Shown here piece after piece: positions 26,121 to 38,100 of a DNA stretch of 64,000 bases. A program made the translations under genes and the position numbers. Below the pieces are notes generated by a model. It had not been told where the DNA came from. It saw only the letters and a program-made list of their open reading frames with translations, and did no database searches. Position 1 is the stretch's first letter. Every line of letters starts with the position of its first letter. This DNA is from Camelus dromedarius (taxonomy: Eukaryota): contig NC_087438.1 in the NCBI RefSeq assembly GCF_036321535.1, positions 7,132,001 through 7,196,000 of the forward strand, written 5' to 3'.

Positions 26121-29100
26121 CTGCGGGGAGCGACAGCAGCACCTCGGTGAGCGGGCAGTCGGAGGCAAGGGGGCCCTGAGAATACCTGCAGAGCCACTGA
26201 CTGTAAAAAGACCACCCCAGGGCACAAACACACCATCACACAATCCGTTAAGACACAGAAGTCACGTGAACCACAGTTATAAGAATACCTTCTGGTATCA
26301 ATTATAAAGTGCGCCATTCTCAGCAGGGGTGTATCGCATTTCCAGTTTTCTGACTAAAGTCATGATGTGGCAGTCATTAAAATGAGACACAGTTTTGCCT
26401 TACTTACCAACCTAAACACTTCAGTCTCCCCCGCCTCAACTCCCCAACACAGATTTGTCCACCTTCTTAATATCCCTGAAATCGGGATACATCTTACAAT
26501 TGACATGGCCTTAGAGCTATAATTGGCAATGTTTCTTTCCCAATTACAATGGTACATCTTAAATCACTAGCATCTAGAGTCAATTAAATACGGTACAATT
26601 AGACCATGAAAAACATACACTTCTACCACCTTGAAACATAAAATGTTTCATAGCTTTTTAAAAGCATATCCAGGATATACTGATAATTAATATAACAGTC
26701 AACATGACATAAAAAGTAAAATCCTCTTATTTACCACTTTTGCATAATTTTATTACCAATCTGTGAAGAGTTTTACTTTTCGCTAAAAGTATTGATACTG
26801 TAATTACATCGGCAAATTAACAGCCACTTAAAATTTTATCTTCCAGTCCTAAAAACATATTACTACCTTTACCTCCTAAAAATATTTTTCTACTTCCTTC
26901 CTTTGTTTTGAAATAGTTTCAAATTTACAGAAAAGTTGCAAGAATAGAGCAAATAATTCCCATATTCCTTTACCCACATTCACAAATTTTTTTAAGTTTG
27001 TCATACTTGCTTTATCTAACTCGCTCTCCTCCTCTAAGAACATTTTTTCTAAACCATCTAAGAATAGACTGCATACAACATGCCCCTTTTACTCCTTAGT
27101 ACTTCAGTGTTTTCTAAGAGCCCCAGCACAACCATATCAACCGAATCAAATTCAGGAAATTTAATACTGTATTCCAACAATAAAAATTCCAGCAGCATCC
27201 CACTTCTGTCAAATGTCCCAGTAATGTTCTTTCCATTGTCCCCAAGATCAGAATCCCACACTGCATTTAGCTATAATGTTTCCTCTGTCTCCTTCAATCT
27301 GGAACAGTTCTTCGATCCTTCTTTGTCTCTCATGACAAGAACATCCTTTAAGAACACAGGCCAGCTGCTTTACCCGGGGTCTCGCTGATGTCTTGTCACG
27401 AGGACTCAGCTTGTGTGTCTCCGGTAACCCCCAGCAGTGGGCTGGGGACTTCGCAGGGCTCCACAGTCCTGAGCCCCATGGGGTTTTCTGCTTTGAGGGG
27501 GATGTACCACTTGGTTAAAGGGGATCTGGTCGCTCCACAATGTGGTTACATTTCTCCTTTATAATGAATAAGTAATTGTGGGGAGAGAGCTTGAGAAGAT
27601 GTAAACAATCCTGTTACTCAGCAAATCGTCTCCCCACTAGAAGTAGCATTCTTGGTCGCTCTGCCGGACTCGATTTTTACAATAAGCATTGCAATGTGGC
27701 AATTCGCTACTTCCATCATTCCTTCTAGACTGGTGGTCAGCATTCAGCTTCAAGGAAGCACTTTCCCGTCTCTACCATTGGAAGTGTGAACTCCTGGAGA
27801 CTTATTTCATTCAATGGATTATAATCCATGATTGTCCATCTTTCTTCTCACACTCTAATTGCCCGGTTTGGCCCCTGGGAGCCTCCACAGGCTGGCTTCT
27901 CTCTCCTGTGTATGTGCCCCATCAAACATTCTGAGCACTTCCTTAAATGTGGGCTCAACAAGTCGTTCCAGGCTTTTGAATCTTCCCTTCCTCGGCCCCA
28001 GATAAGTCATTTCTCAAACATTCCTGGTTCCTCTGAGTGAGAAATGATATTTAGAAACCAAGATCTGAGCAAAACTTCCCCCTTTAAAAGTAACCAGTTA
28101 AATCAAGGTGAACAAACCAATAGTGCTTTCGTGAAGATTTTACTCCTCACGTGCATCTTTGAAAAGTGGTTTGGAAAAACTCCTCTACATGACCTTTGGC
28201 TGGAATGAGCCAAAATTCTGCTTCTTCATTGCAATCAATACCAAGATGACAAAGAATAAATTCCATTAAGGATGGAATATTCCTTTCTTTTAACAGCTGG
28301 TAAAAGATTACTATTTTTAAAAAAGGTAAAGTTTTGCTCCTTGAGGGAAAAATTAAATAAGCGAAGAATGAAACAGTATATGTTTTCCCAAAATATCACA
28401 GGTTCCTTACAGTAATTTGGCTCATAAGAAGGGTAACTGTAAACTTATTCATATTACCACTCTTTTCTCTTTTTCAGATCTTTTATTTCCAAATGACTGT
28501 CATATGCTAAGTCAAGATAAACCTACAAATGAAAGACGCTATTTCAATCATAAGAAATTAACTGACTACACATAAATATGCAACAAGCCTGGGTCTTGAT
28601 GTCATACACAAAGAGAAGCAGTGATGTGTCATGTCTGCCTAATGAAATTCAAAATTATTCATACAATTATATGTTTCAAAGTGACTGAACTCATCACATT
28701 CTAATTACGTCTTCAAAGCTTTTAAATAGAAGTTGAAACCAGTTCAAAGGCATAAGACAGACTAGCCATGCCCATCAGCAGCTTGGGGCCACTGGATCAC
28801 CCCCTCCCCCAGACACTGGCTTCACTCAGCTCGTGGGGTAACCCCCACCCAAACCCCACTTTCCTTCTCCCCAGCTCCTCCTCTCAGAGTTCTCTGCTGG
28901 GGGCCCCTCATTTGCTGGAGGCCAGGGCTCAGGCCTTGCCAGGCTCCGCTCCCTCCCCAGGTGACCTCAGCCACTCCTCGACTTCAACCTGGGCACTGAT
29001 GCCCAAAAACTCCACCTGCGCCCGCCCGCCCTCCCTCCTGAGCCCCAGACTCCCTCAGTCCACCACCTCCAACCTGACACGTCCACAAGCCTCAGAATTC

Positions 29101-32100
29101 ACATGCCAGTGGAATTCCTCATCTTCCCCCAGGCGGCTCTGCCTGCAGCTTCCCCAGCTCAGCAGCGGCAGCTCCCAACTTCCAGCAGCTCAAGCCAAAC
29201 ACTCTGGGGTGCCCTGGGCTCCTCTTCCTCTCCTGCTGACACTGGATCTGCGGCTCACCGTGTTGGTTCCCTCTTCATGATGCCTCCAGAATTTGATGAC
29301 TTCTCACCAGCTTCTCCAGCCTGAGGCAAACCTCCCACACCGATGGCCTGTATGCCTGCAAGAGCTCCATCCCAGCTTCTACCCCCTCTCCCTCCCCGAC
29401 CCTTCCACCCTACTCCACCCATCTCCTCTCAACACAGCAGCCTGGAAGCCTTCCCCGTACAGCTGGGTCCCCCACTCCTCTGCCCCAAGTGCAAGGGCTC
29501 CCACCTCACAGGGACACAGTGTCCTTCCCGCCCAGCCCTATTTCCTCTCTGATCTCAGCTCTCCTCCACTCCCCTCCTCAACCCGCTCCCACCATGCCCA
29601 CCTCCTTGCTGCTCTGGAAACCCTCAGCACCTCTGCCTTTGCAGTGGCTGTTCCCCCTGCCTGGACCACTCTGCCCAACACAGCTCCCTCCCTCACCTCC
29701 ACATGTCTCCTTCTCAGGGACACTGTGTCTGCCCCATCCCACTCTGGCTTTAGTTGGCCCCACAGCACTCAGCCCCTTTCACTGTATGACGTAATTTACA
29801 CAGATATCTCATTTAATGTCTGCTCTCCCCACTAGCATTAAGTACCTCAGGGCAGGGGTTTTTTCTCTTTTATTCACTAATGTATTCCAACTGATTAGAA
29901 CAGCGTCTGGCACTTAGTGGGCCCTGAAAAAACACTTGTTGAATGAATGAAGGAAGGATAAGTGATTTGGTTATGAGTCATGTTTCTTTATCAGCACACG
30001 ACGGTAATATTTTTGTTCATTAATTCATAACAGAATTTGTAACGAAAATGAAATCAGTCATTCTCTGAAGTTATGAAACTTAGTTCCCCACTGGGAACAG
30101 TGCACTTAATGGGTACGCTTATACCGCATTAGCTCATTCACTAACAAATACTTCCTGGGCCATCACTCTGTGCTGGGCATGTCGAGCTGCAGGCCTGGCT
30201 GCAGAGACGACGGGCCTGCCCTCATTCTTGAGCTCACAGTGCAGTGTACACGGCAGACGCCACCAAAGCCATCACACAAGGAAAAGTGCAGTCACTCATC
30301 CCCAGAGAAGGGGACGGGCTCGGGGTGTTGGGGCTTGTCTCACAGGGCAATCAGGGACAGCTTCTCAGAGGAAGAGACATCTGACCTGTGAGTGGTCAAG
30401 ATTTCACTAACCAGGCCGAGAGCTGGGGGACAGAGGTCGCAGGGAAGGACACGGCCCCACGCGGTGCAGTCCAGGGGCGGAGAGGACAGAGCTGGTGCGC
30501 AGACAGCTGAGCGAAGCAGGGCCGCTCAGGGCTGTGACAATGGCTGGGAGTAACCTCCCTGCATTATAGCAGCAAGAGGTCACAGAGGGGTCCTAAACGA
30601 GGACACAACTCATCTGTCCCACATCCTGAAAAGACATTCTTGGTGCACAAGCTCGTGTTCAACGTGGACATTTGCCATCCTCGCCCTGGACCAACCAGGT
30701 CCAAGCGGGACTCCTGATTCCTACCCCACTGGACACAGACCTGTCTGAAATGTTAGGGCAGATCTAGTTCCGAGCTACCACTGCACAGAGCTGTTAGGAG
30801 TCAGGAGTCCAGTACCAGAAGCAGAGAGAGGACTGACATCACCAGGGTCTCTACCTCTGAAGCTCCCTGAGTGCCCCTGGGCTCCCCCACGGCCTGTGTG
30901 TGCTCCAGCTGCTGTGGGAAATGGTTCCTGCCACCCCGCCGCTGCCGGAATACTGGCCAGTGCTCGGAGAAGGGCCAGGAGTCATAACAGGAGACCACAG
31001 GACTGCACCCAGACAGGCTAAAGGACTTCCCAGGACTCGTGCAACCCGCCGAGGGCAGACTCGACTCCTCACCCCCCAAACAGCACCTTCTCTCTCCTCC
31101 CTGCCTCCACGCAGGCGAAGCTTGACGAGGGGGAAGGCAGGCTCCCCATCCATGAAATCTGGCCTCTTCCAGACCAACAGAAGCCATCTGGGCCATCCCC
31201 GCCCCGATCCATCCACCAGCCTGGAAAACTCCAAGTTGGCTGAACCCCTCTTATTCAGAGAAGGCAGGTGCTCTGTGTATTTCAGCTGCTTCCCTTCTTG
31301 CTGGAAACAGCGAAATGCTGCAAGTTCCTTATTTAGATGCCTCTGTGTGCAGAGGAATGGACAATGATCACAAAAGCATTCATCAAAATCACAGGACACT
31401 TATTTCCCTAGAGTGAACAGTTCCAAGAACTGACTATACTTCAGACTGGTTAGAAGCACAAGGACCTGGGTCTCAGCAAAGACCACTGCTGCCCCCTGCT
31501 GGGGCAGAGCTGCTGCGGCCTCGCACAGACACCCACCCTCCAGACAGTACGGAATAAATATCAACTTTCTATTTTTATAAAGCATGGGTTTCTAATTAAA
31601 GTTACTTGCCCTAAAATGCTAATTATTACAAAAGAATGCCCAGACTTCATAATAAGTAGTAAATAATCATCAAACTCCACAGCAATTCTATGATTCCAAA
31701 TTGGTTTTTTTTAATGACCAGAGATGATGGCTTTCTATCTCTCTTAATTTCTATAACAAAAGTGTAGACACCCAGGTTTCATCTTAATTTTAGGCTTACT
31801 GAGAATTATGAATGTACAGAATCCTGTAACATTCAAGAATATCTAACAAAAGCATTCCTAAATAGACTTTAAAAAAAAGAAAGAAAATGGCATTGCACTG
31901 AAAGTCCTAATAGTAAGAATATATTTCTCAAGTACTGAGACATCTTAGACAAGTACGAATAACAAAACATAACAATAAAAAAGTAAATTTCTCTTTTTTT
32001 TAAAATAAAAAAACCATATCAGTTATATAGTGGCATTTCAGCAAACATCCAATTTTACCAAGATTATTATGGTTACAATTACAGACTTTGAAAAGTGAAG

Positions 32101-35100
32101 AGGGATTTCCTTCCATGATCTGTAAACCAGCAATTACAACGAAAGCATCCCATTCCAGTCATCTTTCCAAAGGCTGAATTTAGGACCATTTTAAGTACAA
32201 CGCTGCGGCATTTTCACTTTTGAAGATACGGAATCAAAGTTCAACACAAATCAGTCAACTGAGGTCAACTGAAACTAGTCAGCGCTCGTCCACCCTGAAA
32301 ATCATCTCACTGCAAAATCCGAGGAATGACCACTTCAAAGGGAACATCCCATTAACCTTCCCAAGTGATTCCGGCAGGATGCGAGCTACTGTGCGGGAAA
32401 GTCTCCAAACACCCGAGACACCAGGAGCTCATAAGGCAGTTTTTAGACTGGAATTTTTAGGGTTTAGGTAGCCAATTGAGACTTTCATGTGAAGCAAAAG
32501 TCCTACAATGTGACTGAATCTTTTACAATTAAACTTTTAAGGCCCTGAGGTATTTTGTTAAACCAATAATCTGAAGTCCAACGTTCCCTCAGAATCTCCG
32601 GGAGGCTGTCATTGTGCACATAGGTGGCAGGCAAGAGAGTGGCGGCCTGTCAGGGCTGGAGGTGCCCTCACAACCAAACCCAAACAAGCAGCGGACGGGA
32701 GGTGCCTACTCACCATCTGCGGTACCCCAAAAATCACGACGTTTGAGTATTCAGAAAAAGTAACCTAAAGGGGAGGGAGAAAACCATGCATGGATTAATT
32801 TTTGAAAGCCAAACATGAGCTTGACTTTTATTTCAAAATGAGGGGCAATTTTCCCTTTCATCAAATGGCGGGTTTTCACAAAGAGTGGCCCTTTTTAAGA
32901 TTTCCCAAGGAAAAGAACACCATGTTCACACCTTCATCTGTGTGAGTTCAGTCTGTCACAGTTTTCCAGAAGTTTCCTCACAAGTTATCCCATCTCATCC
33001 TCACAGCCACTCCATGCAGGACCCGCCCCGGGGAGCATCTATAAGAAAGGCAGCGACTGATCCAGCGGCAGCGGGTAGTGAGGCCAGCCGGCCGCGGGCC
33101 ATGCGCACTGCGGGTCCACACTTCCTACGCTGCTGCACACACCACCAGCTCAGCGAGAGCTCAAGGGATTTCGGAACCACCTGTTTTTTATGTTGAGCCA
33201 TCCTTAAAATTCTAGTCCCCCTCCTCTCCTCTAAAATACTAAGTAAAAATTGCAATAAAATGGTCTTTAGTTGGAAAACTGGGGGGGAAAGTGCTTTGCC
33301 AGTCAAAATTCTTATTGCCCAATAAAAGTCTTATTTACTCTAGAGAGAGATCGTTTATGTATATATGGAATAAAAAACAATGCAAGCAAACTCAAGTGAA
33401 TTTTTATAAGCTACTGATGACAATATTACAACGGGAAATTCTTATTTAAGAAAAAGCATTTTATGGAGCATTCCTAAAGCAAAATTACAGGACATTTTTT
33501 AGAGAACAAATAAACTTGGAAACATCTCACACTTTATGAGGATGCGAAGGAACCACGACAGCCTGGTTGGTGGACGGTTTCTTTCCTCCTGCACTCATCT
33601 CTGTCTCGCTCTAGATACATACACACACACACACACACACACATACACATTCACTCACACACATTCATACATACATACACACATTCACACACTCACACGC
33701 ACATTTACACGTACACACAAAAGTCTACTATTCACCAGGAATGACATTAGCAAGTTAATACCTATATGACAATGTATAAGACTTCCAAATGAGATAAAAG
33801 TCTTATCACTGTGTAATAAATAGAAATGAGAACTTTTTTAATTGAGCAAATAAATCCTTAGAATTCACATGGCCAAAAGTTACAAACCTTAAGTTTCCAA
33901 CGTAGAGTTGATTTGTAAAATCTATCCATTTAAAAGCTGTTCTCATTTCACTGTGCTGAAATATACACTTGTATTTAATTCTTTTTTCTTTTCATATGTT
34001 ATTCAGTTTTCAGTCATGCTAATTATGAATTACAAAGGCTTGGGGGTTGGAGTTTTCTAGGCCCACTCTCTGCCTCACATACCTTCCACAGGTCTGAGAT
34101 GTAAAACCTGGCGGAGCCCTGCACGCCTTCTCGCCACGCGCGGTACCTGGAGTACCAGACCAGCCACGGGTTTAATTCATAACCAACAGCGGTGAACCCC
34201 TCCTTTGCAGCTGCTATCACCTGTGGGGAGAGGCCGTACTCAAAATCAGAAAAACACCAACTCACATGGTCAAGTGATATGAAAACTCCCTATTTGTGGT
34301 CTATAAACAGAAAATATCTAATCAAAAGGTGTTTGTTCAAAACATCATTTAAAGGTGGAGCTCTCAAGTCACCTGGCTTTGTGGACAAGATAATGCCAGT
34401 CCATTTAAGCTCAGTTTTCTCATTTTTGTCAAAGATTTCACCTTGAGCATCAGAACAGACGATCAGGTTTGCTTTGGACAACTGCATAATTAAGTCTGGA
34501 TGGGTCAACCCTCCAGAAGCTCCAACAAAAAGCTTCGGAAAACCTGCGTTCTCTCTCCACTGGGACACACAGCCTCAGAGGAAGCGAGTGTGCCTGGGAA
34601 GACGTTTTGTGAACCAGTTGTAATTATAATAAAAAAACAACCAGTGGGTGAATAACCTGCCATTAATTACGTATTTCTCAGTATTTAAAGACCGCTCACT
34701 CCAACCTGACAACAGGTACAGGTACGATGGAACGAGTCAGAATAAAGTCAATTACCGAACTGTCATCTCACCTCCCAAGGTGACAGGGATGGTGGGCTGC
34801 TCCAGGATCTCTGCTCGCCTGTCCTGCCCCTACTCTTCAAGCGAGCACCCCTGAAGGAACTGTCCCATCTACGCAACTTCCCGATTAACTGTAGTGTCGT
34901 CCCTTTGAGAAGGGAACCATTTTCTTAGAAATCATAAAGCTACCATCCAGAGATGTAAAGCATCCACATCTGGATTTTAAAACATCCTCCTTGTTAACAT
35001 ACACATCTCCTGGTTTCTTAAGAGCAAAACAAGTCGCTTTTTAATCTCTTCCTGATTATCCCGGGTCACCACCAGAAGACTGCATGGTCCACATCTGCAG

Positions 35101-38100
35101 CGGGCTGGTGAAAGGTGCTGTGCCCTGCTGGTCTCACACGAAATGTTTCCAGAACACAAGCCTTCACTACTGCTGTCCTCACTTTCCGCTCATCTTCCAG
35201 GTGGAGGTCTAAGGGTGGTGCCACCTGCCCAGCGAGGAACCTGCTCTGGGACCCTGGTGGCCAGTCAGAGGCTGTGAGTCTTTGTTTATAGGCTCCCAGC
35301 TGGGGTCAAAGTGAGCTGAGGCCACCAAAAGTCTGACCTTTGGATAAGTGGGGGTTAATGCATTGGCCCTTCCCTATCTTCACTCTAGATTACCCCACAG
35401 AAATTACAATACTTTATATATACATGACATACTTATATAAATATAGGTAAATTCAGAAGCTAATATTTATGGTACAAAACATGTAAAACAGTCAAACTAT
35501 GACTTAATATGTTGTTTCCTCTGGATATGCCACCTTTATTGGCCCAAGTTTTTTAATGAACAGTCTCATAATTACCAATTACTGTTCCTTTCTACCTGGT
35601 AGATCCACACAGCACTTTCTCCTTTAAGAAAAATTAAATCTGAGAAAAAATAAATTCCAAAGTCCTGCTGGAGGGCTCGATAGTTCAGCCAAACAAACTG
35701 ACTACTTTATTAAACTGTCAGATTTAGCAAGTCTTTGCACAAGCCTCATAAGAAATGTGAAGCAGAAATTTTAAGCCTTAAAACCTAAAAAACGTAAACC
35801 TTAAAACATCTCAGCATAAATGTGTATAAAATATATATGTATATATATATATATATATATATTCTAACATGCACATATATATTCCAACATATTCCAATAG
35901 ATATTTCAATTAGGGCCTGGGGAAATTTAAAGAATTTAGAAAAAATTTAGAGCCTAGAAGTCCATTTATACCTGATGCCACCAGGCTGCCAGTAACATGG
36001 TCACCGTGGTGTGAGCATGTGAAGAAAGAAATTCCCAGCATTGCATCTTTGGAACTTTTTTGGGCTTAAGCTTAAATTGACTAAGACCTCAATATATTTT
36101 GGATGACTTTCTATTCTGGCTTCCTCTACCTTGTTGACAAGATATGACTAAAAATAGTCGTGGAACGAAAAGTCACCAAAAGAAATACAACCTGGTTTCC
36201 TCAACAGATGAATGAGGTTATGGAAGCTATTACAAACTATAAGAATGTTGCAAAACAAAACACTACACCATCTGGAATAAAATTAATAAACCATGGAAAA
36301 TCTCTTCCTTTAAAAAAACAGTCTCAGCATAACTCACAATGCGCCCGTCACCGCTGCCGACGTCCACCAGGGACCCTCTTCTGCACCGCAGCGCTTTCAT
36401 GACGTTTTCAATCTGCTTTGAAGTCGCAGGTACAAAAGGCAAACAAACGCGCCGGAGGGCTGGGGTGATAAACGGTGTGGCCACAGCATACACGGCCACC
36501 AGCGTCCCACCAACGATGCCAGTGAGTAAGAAGCCCCAATTTCTTTTCTTCAGGCTGTTGGCTTCAAGACTTGCAGGTAGAGCATATCCCGACTGCCTTT
36601 CTTCTTTCAATGCTTCTGGGGGTGTCCCTGGATTGATAGTAAGCAGAAAAGACATATAGCCCCAAAGCTGAAACCCAAAGTAGTGTTTTTTCCTACAATT
36701 CTTATTGACAAATAAACTCATGCTTTTTAAAGAAGCATGGTTTAGCTCAGTACAAGCTAAATTACAAATGTAGAATCCCAAAATAAGTTCTAAATTTCAT
36801 CAACTAAATTAAAGTGTTTTATAGAAAATTACCCAATACTGATGGAAGACTAAAATCTTCTCTTTCCAACGATTTTTTTTCTCTAGGAGTCATCCTTAAA
36901 AAACCTGTTCAAATCTATTTGGTATTTTATGAAGCAGTATCCATTAACACAAATGTGAACCACGTATTTTTATGGTTCCCAACAGAGCCCCACAAACAAA
37001 TAAGCATGAAAATGTCTAGTTATTACCCTATTTCAAACAGGATGAAAGTATTCTAGACCAAAATTGGTCAGGCATCAATACCCTAGTTGTATATATTCAA
37101 TTTCTGAAGTAAAAGAGGAGACAAAATTCAGGTTTTACTAAAAATCTTAAATAATCACAGTAATAAGGAGATTTTTAAAGCAAATCAACAAAGAACAAAA
37201 AAATAAAATAATCATTTCAATGCTACCTACCACACATACAGAATAAAGCGAGCAAACTCCAAACAACTGATTACAGAGGGTATGAGTGGTACCTTAGAGA
37301 CCCTCCCCTTGAGTTTTATTTATTTGGAATATATTCCTAATAGGATCTCAAGTTTTTTAGGTTGAAACTGATTTGAAATTAATTTTGAAACTGATTAATG
37401 ATGACTCTGGCTCCATGCCTCATAACCATGTATGACCCTTCACCTCTCCAAACCTTGGCTCCTCCTCTGCAAAGTAGGGACTGTGGGGTTGTTGTGAGGA
37501 TGAAACAAGGGGAAGCAGGCAGAGCACTTGGTGCCCAGCACATGAACCCCGCAAGGAACAAGACCACCCCGCCCTGAACTAGCTCACGGTCTAGCTGAGG
37601 GGCTAACACCAAAACCACAGCAACCTGTAGGAAAAAGGAGAGTAAGAGGAGGGAGGACAAGAGATTCTTATCACGCGAAGACATTGGTGTTCAGGGTTTC
37701 AGCATTTGTAAGCCACTCAAAAGGCCCACTGTATTAGTTTCCTTTTGCTGCCATAAGAAATTACCCCAAACTTAGTGAGTTAAAACAACACACACTTATT
37801 AACGTACAGTTCGGGAGATCAGAGGTCTGAAAGTGTAGGCTGTGCTCCTTCTGGAAGCTCTAGGATGGGTTTGATTGCCTTTTCCCACTTTGAGAGGCAT
37901 TCTTTGGCCCCACATCCCTCCAACCTCTGCTTCCATCATAACACCTTCTGACACCCCTACCCAACTCTTTCCTTTACAGGAAAGGAATCCTGTCCCTGTG
38001 AGCACACTGGCCACCCAGACAAGCCAGCATAATTTCCCCATCTCAAAGTCCTTAATCACATCTGCAATGTTGCTCAGGTAACGTCCTCACAGGTTCCGAG

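Noticed and set aside
28768..29835. Two long Pro/Ser-rich plus-strand ORFs (170 and 180 aa)
   Set aside because: They lie in a C-rich L2 relic in ATPSCKMT intron 4; low stop density explains their length and there is no recognisable domain.
30801..31399. Overlapping 131-182-aa ORFs on both strands
   Set aside because: GC-rich intronic sequence with no protein-family motif or splice support.
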